The notes under the pieces are model-generated. The model saw only the letters and a list, made by a program, of their open reading frames with translations. It did not search any database and had not been told where the DNA came from. From a virus (Duplodnaviria > Caudoviricetes): a stretch of 62,172 nucleotides of DNA. Where the stretch lies: positions 1 to 62,172 of the IMG/VR virus record IMGVR_UViG_3300037991_004042; one strand, 5' to 3'. Positions 1-9,392 of this stretch are shown one piece after another (within the stretch, counting starts at the first letter, position 1; each line of letters begins with the position of its first letter). A program made the translations under genes and the position numbers.

Positions 1-98
1 TGTCCCATTGTAAGGAATCCAATGTGGTCAACCAAGTGAATTTTTGTGTGGTATCTTCTTGCAGACATACGAATTGACTCTACAACATTTTCGAAATC
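1..98. repeat. Terminal overlap with 62074-62171 (circular assembly)
   Basis: Bases 1-98 are identical to 62074-62171; only the last base of the window mismatches. One gene reads in frame through the junction. Confidence 0.95.
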
Positions 99-1529
99 TA
101 GTTCTCCGTAATGATCCAATATGTGGATTGGTATTGTGCCCAACCGATCCATTACCTTACGCCTTGCCTCTGGCGAGACTTGCGTGAAATCGCCCCCTAG
201 TTCCATTCTGAGGAGTTTCTGTACTGTACCAATGGGTCGCTGCTCAAAACTGGTCACCATCACGGGAACGCCCCTAGACGCTTGCTCCCACAATAGCCAA
301 GTGGTGAATGTGGTTTTTCCGTGCCCACTGTCTCCAGTCACGACCCAAAGCCCACTTGCAATACCACCAATCATTTGATCCATCTTAGCAGATCCGGTTG
401 GAATACCTGCCAAGTTTGATGGGTTTTGTATTAGACTTTCAATCTCGTCAACATAGTCATTGACGGACTTTAAGGTTACATTTATAAACGGACTTGCTTT
501 TGATATAGCCGTGTGAACAACATCAGCGAGGGCTCCGTCAGCAAGAGCATCACTAACATCATTGTAAGTTGGAAGCTTAACCCTGAAAGATCTGTATAAA
601 CCTATAATCTTTGATAGCTTATCTGCTCCCTTGTCTCCAGCAGAATCATCGTCATACATAATATGGAAAGTTTTAAATGATTCTATTTGATCGATCCATT
701 CTTCTTTCCAGTTTGCAGTTGCACCCGCAGTTCCTGAAACAACATTATCATAGCCGTAAGCTTGCATAGCCAGAACATCTAGTTCTCCTTCTGTAATAAT
801 GACTGTGTTCTTTGACTTGTCTATCCAGTTGCAACCATACAAGGGCAGTGGTTGATTGGGACATACTCTAAATGCTTTGTCACCGCTTATGGATCTAAAT
901 CTTATGTTTACAACTTCATTGTTCTCATTGAATAGAGGTATTGTGATCCACGCTCTATTGAATGAGTCTTTGTGAACGCCTAATTGAGCCTTTCGTATTA
1001 TGTGCTCTGGCAATTTGCGCTTGTCTTTTAAGTATTTCAAAGCATCAATTTCGTGTTGCTCTTTTGCGTTGATTAGAGACTCGTGAAAAGACTCCGCATC
1101 CTTTGTGCTCATTTTAAAATGACTTGTAAGCTTTTGCTGTTCTTCGGTTACCATTGGTTCTTCTCTCCTAGATATTGGTTCTGATTTTAAGGTTTTTCTT
1201 TTAAGGTTTTTGTTTTGGTTGCTGTATATTCCATTTAATGAAAGCCAATCATTAAAGGCTGTAATTTCTGATTGTGAAAGTTCTGAATATGATTTTTCAT
1301 GTAGTGCATATGCTAGAAACTCCACGGTGTTACCTTTGCTTTGGCACCTGAAGCAAGACCAACCAAGACCGTTAGAAGATATTCCCACTGGAAACCTTTT
1401 ATCAGATGATGATCTAGCAGACTCATTGCAAGCCGGACATGGGCTCACAGAAGACTTTTTTACAGATAAAGATAAGGCTTTTGATATGGTCTGTATAGAC
1501 TGACCATTTACAACTGTAAACATATTCAT
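1..1529 (-). CDS. Primase-helicase, T7 gp4/Twinkle type, 5' part (continues at 62073..61686; about 638 aa in total)
   Basis: Not in the ORF track because it runs off the window edge. Hand translation from ATG 1529 shows a Zn domain (CPAC...CFRC), TOPRIM motifs (ITEGELD, MYDDDSAG) and Walker A (TGDSGHGKTT), in frame with 61686..62141 across the overlap. Confidence 0.92.
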   Translation of the reverse strand, partial: MNMFTVVNGQSIQTISKALSLSVKKSSVSPCPACNESARSSSDKRFPVGISSNGLGWSCFRCQSKGNTVEFLAYALHEKSYSELSQSEITAFNDWLSLNGIYSNQNKNLKRKTLKSEPISRREEPMVTEEQQKLTSHFKMSTKDAESFHESLINAKEQHEIDALKYLKDKRKLPEHIIRKAQLGVHKDSFNRAWITIPLFNENNEVVNIRFRSISGDKAFRVCPNQPLPLYGCNWIDKSKNTVIITEGELDVLAMQAYGYDNVVSGTAGATANWKEEWIDQIESFKTFHIMYDDDSAGDKGADKLSKIIGLYRSFRVKLPTYNDVSDALADGALADVVHTAISKASPFINVTLKSVNDYVDEIESLIQNPSNLAGIPTGSAKMDQMIGGIASGLWVVTGDSGHGKTTFTTWLLWEQASRGVPVMVTSFEQRPIGTVQKLLRMELGGDFTQVSPEARRKVMDRLGTIPIHILDHYGELDFENVVESIRMSARRYHTKIHLVDHIGFLTMG

Positions 1530-1530
1530 T

Positions 1531-1875
1531 TTATTTAATCCTAAAAGGAATATATAAGTCTTGAACTTGTTCTCTTGTTCTTTTCCAAGCTTCTGACTTC
1601 TTCACTTTATCTTGCCATTTGTCTTCTTTGAATATGGTTCTAAGATCAAGCCATGCTTGTGTTGAGTTGAACGCTTGTCCTCTCATGAACATGGCATAAT
1701 TGTCATTAGAGTCTTTCAAATACTCCATAACAAGTATTACTTCTTTGTATCCAAAATCTACAATTGCTTGATGTATTGAAGAGGAAGTTGAGGAGTCGAG
1801 TTGGATTTCTGGTTGGTGGGATTTTTTAAGGACTTCTAAATATATGCTGAAGACCCTGTAGATTTTGTCTTTCAT
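1531..1875 (-). CDS. Hypothetical replication-associated protein
   Basis: 114 aa ORF directly upstream of the primase-helicase; function inferred from position only. Confidence 0.6.
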   Translation of the reverse strand: MKDKIYRVFSIYLEVLKKSHQPEIQLDSSTSSSIHQAIVDFGYKEVILVMEYLKDSNDNYAMFMRGQAFNSTQAWLDLRTIFKEDKWQDKVKKSEAWKRTREQVQDLYIPFRIK

Positions 1876-1921
1876 TTTTTATTTGTGTCTCATATTTAAG
1901 GTTTAAGTTTGCTCGTTTAAA

Positions 1922-2536
1922 TTATGATAGTTGTTGTTTTAAGTATAGAAGTATGCCCCCTGCATCGGTGATATGATCGTATCTTCCAAGTGAAAGAATG
2001 ACATCATCAAGATTTTTAAGTAAAGAAGGAATCATTTTAAGACTTGTTTCTTTGGCTTGTTTTCTTTTGGAAAAGTGTTTCATTCCAAGAACTTTGTGTC
2101 TCCAAATATTTGCTTTGACATACACAACATCTCTTTGAAACTTGTGTTCCAATGGGGCTACGATAGCACCTCCAATCCGAGAAACAATGATTGTTGATCT
2201 AGCATTGGCGTAATGTGTGTCTTCGCATGAGAAATGAACTTGTGATCCATCATTGACGGCTGGATGTTCAGATATAAAGAATCCAATGTCTGATATGGCT
2301 CGTACATAGTTTTTGGTTGGAGCATCTTTATTTATATCCCAAGTATGAATTACAAAACACTTTACTTTCTTTCTTGTTGCCCTTCGCCAGAGGAAGCAGA
2401 CTGCTACTTGTTCATTCTTGTAAACAACAGCAGCCCCTTCCGTGGCTGGGTCGATTCCAATCAGGGTTCTAGAATGGGAGTTCGTCAACTGAGTCTGGGA
2501 CTTCTCCGTCGTTATTTCCGGTATTTGAAGCTGCAT
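1922..2536 (-). CDS. RuvC-like Holliday junction resolvase (true start may be TTG 2488)
   Basis: LIGIDP, a central acidic residue (SCED), KANIWRHKVLG and C-terminal DHITDAGGI match the RuvC catalytic pattern. Confidence 0.8.
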   Translation of the reverse strand: MQLQIPEITTEKSQTQLTNSHSRTLIGIDPATEGAAVVYKNEQVAVCFLWRRATRKKVKCFVIHTWDINKDAPTKNYVRAISDIGFFISEHPAVNDGSQVHFSCEDTHYANARSTIIVSRIGGAIVAPLEHKFQRDVVYVKANIWRHKVLGMKHFSKRKQAKETSLKMIPSLLKNLDDVILSLGRYDHITDAGGILLYLKQQLS

Positions 2537-3140
2537 TTACACTACCTCTTGTTGCTGTAGTATACTTAGCACCTTTATTGATTGAACCTTCAATTATTTT
2601 GTCGTAATTATTTACAACCCTTTCAAGAATCCTTTCCTGCTCATCAGTTATCGAAGCAGAAGTAAAGTTGAAATACTTGAAGTTCTCATACTCTTTTCCG
2701 TTGTATTCTCTGGTTTCAAATACAGGTGTAAACATAGTTCTCAAGAGTAATGATTCCAAATAAATAACTTGGTCGGTATCAGTCTGACTAATGAACTTGT
2801 CAAAGTCAAATGAGTCTCTCAAGTTTTTCGGTACTCCGCACCCTTTCATAAGTGCTTGAATTCTCCAAGCCGATTTCTCTGTAAGCCAGAGATTATCGCT
2901 CTTGATGTTACCTGCATTTTCACCATTCAAGAAAGTAAACATGACTTCAATAACTGGTGTTTCGTTTTGACCTATAAGCTTTTTATTAAGCCCAACAACA
3001 GCCATGAGAATGTCTTCATTCTCTTCCTTCTCAACAATAAGGCAAAGAGGTTCCAAGAACTTTTTAAGGTTGTCCGTAATTCCTGATTGATTGTATTCTG
3101 CTACAAGTTGTTTTACTATTTCAGATTTAGATAAAGACAT
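2469..3140 (-). CDS. Single-stranded DNA-binding protein (DUF669-like)
   Basis: Acidic C-terminal tail ending DELPF; directly follows the Sak4-like ATPase. Confidence 0.7.
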   Translation of the reverse strand: MSLSKSEIVKQLVAEYNQSGITDNLKKFLEPLCLIVEKEENEDILMAVVGLNKKLIGQNETPVIEVMFTFLNGENAGNIKSDNLWLTEKSAWRIQALMKGCGVPKNLRDSFDFDKFISQTDTDQVIYLESLLLRTMFTPVFETREYNGKEYENFKYFNFTSASITDEQERILERVVNNYDKIIEGSINKGAKYTTATRGSVNAASNTGNNDGEVPDSVDELPF

Positions 3141-3143
3141 TTT

Positions 3144-3911
3144 CTATTTCTCCTTAGACTTTGATTTTTTGGTCTTTTGTTTTGGTTGTTCTTTTAAGAT
3201 TACTTCTTCTTGGTATACTCCAGTCATAATGGCGGTTTGTATCTTAGCCATATTTGGATTTGTTATAACTTGAGGTATTGGGAATGTTGACTTGCAATGA
3301 ACTCTAGAAGGCCCTTCGAACATAATCTTTCTAAGTAGTCCTTCGTCACTAAGTTCTTTGTAGATACATCCAACAGCATTAAAGTATTGGTTTACTTCAT
3401 TCGCTGTTTTCTTACCTTGGAACATTGGCTTTATGTGCCTCATTCCGTCTGCTTCGTCTAGTTCACTTTCTTGCAAGCAAATACATACGACATGTAACGG
3501 TATATCCCGAATAACTCTTATGAATCCCCTCATAGAGTCTGCAAGGTCACCCCACATCTGAAGTGTGAATCTGCTCTTTCCGCTTTTTTCAAGTATCTCA
3601 TTCTTGAACATTTGTTGAATTTCTGTAAGGCTATCAAATACAATTGTATCAAATTCATGGCCTTCAATCTTTCCGTCTTTTGCGGCTACAACTACTTCTC
3701 TAAGTGTCTTGGGATCAGGACATTCTACGATTAGTGCTTCGCCGTTTGAGTGCATGGCTGAAGTAAATCCATTTGGCTCTGTAAGTACAACCAATGGTCT
3801 TAAAGATCCCGCTGCAAGCCATGTTTTACCTGCTCCGGAATCTCCGTATATTAGTATTTTAGTTTTAGCAGCGTTGTCACGCACTGCATCTTTTGCTTTC
3901 TGAATAAGCAT
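3144..3911 (-). CDS. Sak4-like/AAA_24 ssDNA-annealing ATPase
   Basis: Walker A IYGDSGAGKT and Walker B DTIVFDSLTE. Start moved to ATG 3911, which follows GGAG. Confidence 0.85.
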   Translation of the reverse strand: MLIQKAKDAVRDNAAKTKILIYGDSGAGKTWLAAGSLRPLVVLTEPNGFTSAMHSNGEALIVECPDPKTLREVVVAAKDGKIEGHEFDTIVFDSLTEIQQMFKNEILEKSGKSRFTLQMWGDLADSMRGFIRVIRDIPLHVVCICLQESELDEADGMRHIKPMFQGKKTANEVNQYFNAVGCIYKELSDEGLLRKIMFEGPSRVHCKSTFPIPQVITNPNMAKIQTAIMTGVYQEEVILKEQPKQKTKKSKSKEK

Positions 3912-3934
3912 TTCGGTGCTCTCCAAGTTTGTGG

Positions 3935-5209
3935 TTAATCATTTTTTACAAGCCAACTGAACATTGGTGCTTGTTCATTTAGTATAACATTGTATGGCGT
4001 ATTAGCCAGACAGGGCGCAGAAAACTGACAAGAATTGTATGATTGGCACTGTGGGTATCTCGCGACAATAGAGGAAGTATGTGCAACATCGCTAACCCTC
4101 TGTAATCTTTCTCTCATTGAATTAATACGATCCGCATAGATAAGATCTTCTTGTGCAGACTGTATAATCTGATCCATGGAGCAGGGTGCTTCGTGCATCT
4201 GTACATACTTGTAAGCTTCTGTCATAAGGTATTCTAGGTGTGTTTCATATTCCTCCAAGTTTAAGTTATTTTGTATTATGGATTTTTTGTATTGCCAGTA
4301 CGGGGCCGCTCTCTTTGCTGTACTGAGCTTGCCGGATGCAAGTAGTTTCGGCGGGCTAGGTGTTTTTGAGTGAGATATATCCCAGATAAAACCTGCTATA
4401 TTGCAACCCTTAAACTCTGTCATTGAGCCCTCTTCTATTTCATAACGAAGAAGATTCGCATAAGATTGTAACTGCATGTCAAACTTTAGTTTTGACTTGT
4501 ACATGTTTGGACTTCCAGATGTTTTATGATCCAAGATATACAAGTCTCCAGTAGACTTCTCTTGTAGTATTACATCAGCCTTACCAATCTTGTATACAGG
4601 CACATTCATTATGACAGTGTTCTCACCAGAGAACGCATCGTCAGATTGAATCATTACAATGTCAGAGTTTTCTTCATCATACAATGTTTGAACTACAACT
4701 GAAGTTGTGTATTGAGTTCCATCTTCTTGAAAGATTGGTTTTATAAGTTCTTTCTCTACTGCAACTATATTAAACCTTGAATGTATATTTTTCATCCAGA
4801 GATCAAACCATCCGTCAATCACATTTAATATTCGTTCCTTACAACTCTCTATCTCTTCTTCAAGAGCCATAATCTCATAGTTTCCATCGCACTTATTGTA
4901 AAACTCTTCTTCCAATTCATTTGCTTTATCTTTAAGTATATCCAGAAAGGTTTGGGATGTTGATATTTCAGGATCAAATCTAGATACATCTACAATAATG
5001 TTTTCAACTACAAGGTGAAACAGTGATCCGTAAACCAAAGACTTTTTAAATCCTTTCTCTTGATAACATTTAAAATACTTGTAGTACCAAAACTTGGTAC
5101 ATGCAGAACTCATAAACTCGGAATACGAATGGACGATAGATATTCCTAAACTTTTTATTCTATTGTAATCCTCATATCTTCTATACAAGAGAATTGGTTT
5201 AACTTCCAT
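3935..5209 (-). CDS. PD-(D/E)XK exonuclease, Cas4/AddB-like
   Basis: HSYSEFMSSAC, GSLFH, GKADV...ILDHKTS, MQLQSY and C-terminal CQSYNSCQFSAPC (probable Fe-S cysteines). Confidence 0.85.
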   Translation of the reverse strand: MEVKPILLYRRYEDYNRIKSLGISIVHSYSEFMSSACTKFWYYKYFKCYQEKGFKKSLVYGSLFHLVVENIIVDVSRFDPEISTSQTFLDILKDKANELEEEFYNKCDGNYEIMALEEEIESCKERILNVIDGWFDLWMKNIHSRFNIVAVEKELIKPIFQEDGTQYTTSVVVQTLYDEENSDIVMIQSDDAFSGENTVIMNVPVYKIGKADVILQEKSTGDLYILDHKTSGSPNMYKSKLKFDMQLQSYANLLRYEIEEGSMTEFKGCNIAGFIWDISHSKTPSPPKLLASGKLSTAKRAAPYWQYKKSIIQNNLNLEEYETHLEYLMTEAYKYVQMHEAPCSMDQIIQSAQEDLIYADRINSMRERLQRVSDVAHTSSIVARYPQCQSYNSCQFSAPCLANTPYNVILNEQAPMFSWLVKND

Positions 5210-5366
5210 TACAACTCCGGTTTATCATTTAATATAAATTATTAATTATGTTTTATTTGTTTTTTGTTTAGGATCATTAGTTGAATTATTTGCCCCCCCA
5301 GCCCCCCCATTATAGCAATACCGGCACCAATAGCAAGAACAAAGATGTCAAAGAAATGTCAAGAGA

Positions 5367-5416
5367 TTAATCTTTTTGATTAAGTTGTTGCTCACTTAAT
5401 CATTTTGTGCTATTGA
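5367..5416 (+). promoter_or_regulatory. Operator-like palindrome plus candidate promoter of the first early operon
   Basis: TTAATC-TTTTT-GATTAA at 5367-5383, followed by TTGCTC-17 nt-TATTGA with a TG extension. Confidence 0.55.
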
Positions 5417-5456
5417 ATTATTGAGCATGAAGCTCACGACATCATACGAGGTAAAC

Positions 5457-5912
5457 ATGAGAATTCGAGATTTGGCTTTGTTGAGATATAAATTTCTTTG
5501 TGAGGCAGCAGCATACAAAAGCGTAATTAATGATCTTAAGAATAAAGAGATCGAGGGATACGATTATGAAGATCAGATCCAGTATTCAGAAGACTTGGAA
5601 TACTTGAAGGCTGAATCAGTTCAGACTTGCATGACATTCCAAGAGCAGTATTCTAATGGATGTGTCACCCTTGGATATATCAGCCCTAAGACAGTTCAAG
5701 ATTGGAAAGTAGTTTACATGCCAGCATTAAACGCTGATGAATGTGAAGACCTTATAAGTGGTGAATTTTACACCGTTGAATATGATGAACTTGGAAGGAA
5801 GTCTGTATACAAAGAAGGCACAGACAAGAAATTAAATTTTGTTGAGTTTCACTGTTCAGACTTGGAACAAAGATACAGGGCGATTCTTTTGGACTATTTA
5901 AAAGACTTATAA
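5457..5912 (+). CDS. Hypothetical protein, first gene of early operon
   Basis: ORF; ATG 5457 is preceded by GAGG. Confidence 0.75.
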   Translation: MRIRDLALLRYKFLCEAAAYKSVINDLKNKEIEGYDYEDQIQYSEDLEYLKAESVQTCMTFQEQYSNGCVTLGYISPKTVQDWKVVYMPALNADECEDLISGEFYTVEYDELGRKSVYKEGTDKKLNFVEFHCSDLEQRYRAILLDYLKDL

Positions 5913-5934
5913 TTAAAATTTAGGAGCACCGAAA

Positions 5935-6126
5935 ATGATTTATTTATTCCAAACAAAAGAAGGGTTGATTGGCAAAGCCCAGAAAGGCAAAGACAAATTT
6001 TGGGAGATTCAGATTAATGGCAAGCCTTACCACTGGTTCGGTGGAACGGTTGCCGATATGAAAAGAATGGTTTGTAAAGATTATCCAAATGCAACCTTCA
6101 GAAAAGTTTCAGCAAGAGGTAAGTAA
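5935..6126 (+). CDS. Hypothetical small protein
   Basis: AGGAG RBS; tightly packed operon. Confidence 0.7.
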   Translation: MIYLFQTKEGLIGKAQKGKDKFWEIQINGKPYHWFGGTVADMKRMVCKDYPNATFRKVSARGK

Positions 6127-6434
6127 TGAGTAAATCAAGAACACCTCTTAAGAAGTCAAGAGTTGCAATGGAAGTATCTATAGAAGAGTTTTCAGTCTAT
6201 GGCAAGCCTGAAATAATAATTATTCCCACATGGTGGGGAGGCTTTAAGTATCCAACTTATTCAATAAAACAAGGCTCTTTTGTCTGGTCTACAAGCAATA
6301 TGAGAAGACGAACATGGAGTTGGCTTTCGACCTGCTTAGAAGCATTATCGCAAGAAGAGAACCCACTACTGGTTCAAATGAAAGAAGACCTAATTTACAA
6401 ATTACATGAGGAAGGGCAAAATGATTACCTATAA
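6126..6434 (+). CDS. Hypothetical protein
   Basis: TAATG stop/start overlap; GAGG RBS. Confidence 0.7.
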   Translation: MSKSRTPLKKSRVAMEVSIEEFSVYGKPEIIIIPTWWGGFKYPTYSIKQGSFVWSTSNMRRRTWSWLSTCLEALSQEENPLLVQMKEDLIYKLHEEGQNDYL

Positions 6435-6696
6435 AGTATACTCAGCATATGGATTTATAAACTTAAGAACTTGTAATGAAGAAAATGTCTTAGAAGAAGT
6501 TCAAGCCGCTGTTGGCGGCTTGGTGGAAGTGGTTCAAAGAGAAAATGTTGTAGTCGCTCCAATTGCAAATGTAAAAGATGACCACATATTTATTGTTAAT
6601 GAAGAAGGATTATTTGTACCCAACAAAATGAGAAATCCATACTTCCCAAATTTATTTGGAACCGTGGTTGTCATGAAGAGTGAGGATTTCAAATAA
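6421..6696 (+). CDS. DUF3846-like protein
   Basis: LEEVQAAVGGLVEVV...FIVNEEG...RNP...LFGTVVV pattern. Confidence 0.7.
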   Translation: MITYKVYSAYGFINLRTCNEENVLEEVQAAVGGLVEVVQRENVVVAPIANVKDDHIFIVNEEGLFVPNKMRNPYFPNLFGTVVVMKSEDFK

Positions 6697-7025
6697 TGAT
6701 TACTCCAATTAAAATAGAGGCTGGAAGCAATTCAGCTAAAGTCGATAACAGTACCTTTGTAATAAAAACACATTCAGACACGGGTTGGATTGAGAACCTT
6801 GGTTCGGACTCCATCTATTACATAAAACTACCTCAAAGCCTCGGTGGTCAAAGGGTCTCCGTGGTGCGGCTATATGATGTTGTGTGCCCTGTTTGCAAGG
6901 TGGTGCATGTATCAGCCGAATTAGACCATTGCATTGACGAGCGGCCTGTATGCGTAATGGAGTGCCCCGAACAACAAAACTTTATCTTCTACAAGAAACG
7001 AATAGATCCAAACAACAGGGATTAG
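6696..7025 (+). CDS. Hypothetical protein, possibly Zn-binding
   Basis: TAATG coupling; CPVC...H...CVMEC. Confidence 0.65.
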   Translation: MITPIKIEAGSNSAKVDNSTFVIKTHSDTGWIENLGSDSIYYIKLPQSLGGQRVSVVRLYDVVCPVCKVVHVSAELDHCIDERPVCVMECPEQQNFIFYKKRIDPNNRD

Positions 7026-7027
7026 TC

Positions 7028-7219
7028 ATGGAAATAACAAGAGCAGATTTCTTCTCATACTTAGAAGTTCAAGAGTCAGGAAAAACAAATATGCTTGCCG
7101 TATACAAAGTCAGTGAACTTTCAGGACTTACGGAAGAACAAGTAATTTACATAATAAAAAATTACTGCAAGCTTTTCGATAAGCATGTTGGCAATCACAT
7201 CCTTGGTAAGGAAAGATGA
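7028..7219 (+). CDS. DUF5049-like small protein
   Basis: EVQESGKTNML motif; start ATG 7028. Confidence 0.6.
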   Translation: MEITRADFFSYLEVQESGKTNMLAVYKVSELSGLTEEQVIYIIKNYCKLFDKHVGNHILGKER

Positions 7220-7635
7220 AGACATTTTACTTTCAAGAAGAGCGGATCAAATTCTATAAAAAAAGATTGGATTTGATACAAAAAATAATACTCCAGTGTA
7301 TAGATGTTGGATGGACTAAATACATAGAAAGTGACTTACAAGTTGAGTTTATTCTAGACAAGAAGCATATAGTATTCACGAATCATGTATTGAATTCATT
7401 GCATGAAAGATGGAGTTGTTCAGCAGTTGGAATATTATCTTATCTTTCATCGACTGAAAAAGACCACGACTCACAATATAAGTTTATAAAAACATACTTT
7501 AAAAGGAGCAAAATCGAAGGGACAAACATGCACAAAGTTCAAGAGTTGGAGTTAGCACCAGAAGAATCTACTTTAGACATGGACGAAATAATGCTGATCT
7601 TAGAAGAAGATGAATACGAAATAATACAACTTTAA
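7216..7635 (+). CDS. Hypothetical protein
   Basis: ATGA overlap; AAGGA RBS. Confidence 0.7.
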   Translation: MKTFYFQEERIKFYKKRLDLIQKIILQCIDVGWTKYIESDLQVEFILDKKHIVFTNHVLNSLHERWSCSAVGILSYLSSTEKDHDSQYKFIKTYFKRSKIEGTNMHKVQELELAPEESTLDMDEIMLILEEDEYEIIQL

Positions 7636-7654
7636 ACATAGGAAAGACAAAGCA

Positions 7655-8032
7655 ATGAAAGATCAAATAAGCGAAATAGAACAAGCACGAATCGATATTT
7701 GTAAACATGTTATTGATGTGATTTATGGTCGGTGGAGCCATGCAAGACCTAAATTAATACCCCAAACTAATTCTAGAGATACTCATGTTGAGATTATTTA
7801 TTCAGCAGATATTGGTTCTCTTAATGTTTACGAGCGGCAAAAATATGAAGATGATATTCGCAAAGCTTACAGACGAAGATTGAATTCGAGCCCAAGACTA
7901 AGTGATCTTGAATTTGAAATTAAGGTTTGGGCAGAATGCGAAAGAGTTGAAATACAAATACAGCTTTTAGGCTGTCTAGAAGATTGGAGAATAACAAAAT
8001 TAAAGATCAAGCCACAAAGGACAAAACAATGA
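7655..8032 (+). CDS. Hypothetical protein
   Basis: ORF in a packed operon. Confidence 0.7.
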   Translation: MKDQISEIEQARIDICKHVIDVIYGRWSHARPKLIPQTNSRDTHVEIIYSADIGSLNVYERQKYEDDIRKAYRRRLNSSPRLSDLEFEIKVWAECERVEIQIQLLGCLEDWRITKLKIKPQRTKQ

Positions 8033-8226
8033 CTGCCAAAACAGAAAAACAACTTTTCGCATATACAAAAAGTCTACAGAGCAAAACAAAAGAAGAACTC
8101 AAAGACTTAGTGAAGTCTTGGAAAAAACTATTCGCTGAACACACTGAAGCAGGAAGGGAAGCAACCGCATTTAAGTGTTTAAGATTTGGACTCGCAGCTT
8201 GGGACGAACTTCAAACACGCCGATAA
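8029..8226 (+). CDS. Hypothetical protein
   Basis: ATGA overlap; AAGGA RBS. Confidence 0.65.
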   Translation: MTAKTEKQLFAYTKSLQSKTKEELKDLVKSWKKLFAEHTEAGREATAFKCLRFGLAAWDELQTRR

Positions 8227-8252
8227 ACTATCTACTTAAACCGAGGAACAAA

Positions 8253-8540
8253 ATGAAATTTGAAACACTACCATATTATGCCCGTAAGGGAACAAGCATT
8301 CCAAGAAAGGAATTATTCAATAACTTAAAGAGACTTTACTTGCAGAAGAGTGGAATGACAAAACAAGACTTGGCTGCACAACTAGAAGTATCTCCACAGT
8401 ATCTTTGCATGTGGGCCTCTATAACGAACAAGCGAAACCCGCCTCTATGGTCGATTATAAGGCTCTGCTCTTGGCTTGACTGCCATATATTGATTACTCC
8501 GGATACGGTCAAAATACAACAAAACGAAAGCGATTATTAG
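8253..8540 (+). CDS. XRE-family helix-turn-helix regulator
   Basis: SGMTKQDLAAQLEVSPQYLCMW...RNPPLWSIIRLCSWL; GAGG RBS before ATG 8253. Confidence 0.8.
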   Translation: MKFETLPYYARKGTSIPRKELFNNLKRLYLQKSGMTKQDLAAQLEVSPQYLCMWASITNKRNPPLWSIIRLCSWLDCHILITPDTVKIQQNESDY

Positions 8541-8548
8541 AGGTAAAA

Positions 8549-9220
8549 ATGAACAAGTCTATTACAGATAAAAAACTTAGTTGGATGCTTCAGCGTCTAA
8601 GAAAAAATTCAGCGAAAGAAGAAATAATAAATTCAAGCAAGACTATTCCAATACTAGAATTTATATGCAGCATCTACGATAGTGTAGATCCAGTGGTAAG
8701 GATGCAGTTAATTCAGTTTATAAATAATAATATATTTGATACAAGCGTTCTGAAAAAGCACTTCCTTGAAGAGCAAAGACAAAACTTCTTTGAGGGACTT
8801 GTAGAATCAACCACATGCCCAACCTGTGATCGGCATGCGAAGATATACAAACGAAAGCTCAGCAGCAACTCAATAAGGTTTCTAACCTCATTAATACAGC
8901 AGAACTCTTTGAAGAAAGAACCAGTCCATTACAAGGAATGTAATTTTGGGAGCAGAGACTATCCAGCATTACGGTGGTGGGGCCTTGCTCAAACATACAA
9001 GGATTCCAACCCAAAGAAGAACTGGTCAGGCTATTGGATTCCAACAGATAAAGGTATTGAGTTTGCAAAGTCTGAAATAAGAATACCTAAATATTTATAT
9101 ACTTATAATGGTGAGGTCATCGACATTGAGGTTGAAGACGAAACGCCAGAAATTTACATTACAGACATAATCGGAGAAAACTTTGATTATTTGGAGTTAA
9201 TGAAAGAATCAAGTTTTTAA
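8549..9220 (+). CDS. Hypothetical phage protein (CPTC motif, possible winged helix)
   Basis: GAGG RBS; TCPTCDRHAKIYKRKL...LRWWGL...GYWIPTDKG. Confidence 0.7.
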   Translation: MNKSITDKKLSWMLQRLRKNSAKEEIINSSKTIPILEFICSIYDSVDPVVRMQLIQFINNNIFDTSVLKKHFLEEQRQNFFEGLVESTTCPTCDRHAKIYKRKLSSNSIRFLTSLIQQNSLKKEPVHYKECNFGSRDYPALRWWGLAQTYKDSNPKKNWSGYWIPTDKGIEFAKSEIRIPKYLYTYNGEVIDIEVEDETPEIYITDIIGENFDYLELMKESSF

Positions 9221-9231
9221 GAATTAAAATA

Positions 9232-9253
9232 ATGCCTTTTAAATAAAGGGCAT
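9232..9253 (+). terminator. Hairpin after the early operon
   Basis: ATGCCTTT...AAAGGGCAT inverted repeat; weak U-tract. Confidence 0.4.
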
Positions 9254-9257
9254 CTAT

Positions 9258-9284
9258 TTGACACGAATTAATTATTGATATAAT
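9258..9284 (+). promoter_or_regulatory. Sigma70-type promoter with no downstream ORF
   Basis: TTGACA (9258-9263) and extended -10 TGA-TATAAT (9276-9284); the spacer is only 15 nt. Confidence 0.7.
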
Positions 9285-9290
9285 TAATAT

Positions 9291-9385
9291 TTGAATACAG
9301 GAAAACTGTATTCGTCCTAGATAAGGTTATAAGAGTTTAGACTCTTGGGAATTGGGAGTGGTTACCCAATTCCTTTCCTTATTTT
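9291..9385 (+). ncRNA. Candidate trans-antisense sRNA targeting the 50467 leader
   Basis: Own promoter, three hairpins and a terminal GGAATTGGG/CCCAATTCC stem with U-rich tail; 9315-9340 is complementary to 50435-50459. Confidence 0.6.
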
Positions 9386-9392
9386 AGGCTGT

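Noticed and set aside
121-1503. + strand ORFs 121..378 and 1210..1503
   Set aside because: Shadows of the - strand primase-helicase.
3935-5209. Cas4-like nuclease as part of a CRISPR system
   Set aside because: No repeat-spacer array or other cas genes seen; its context is the usual Sak4/SSB recombination module.
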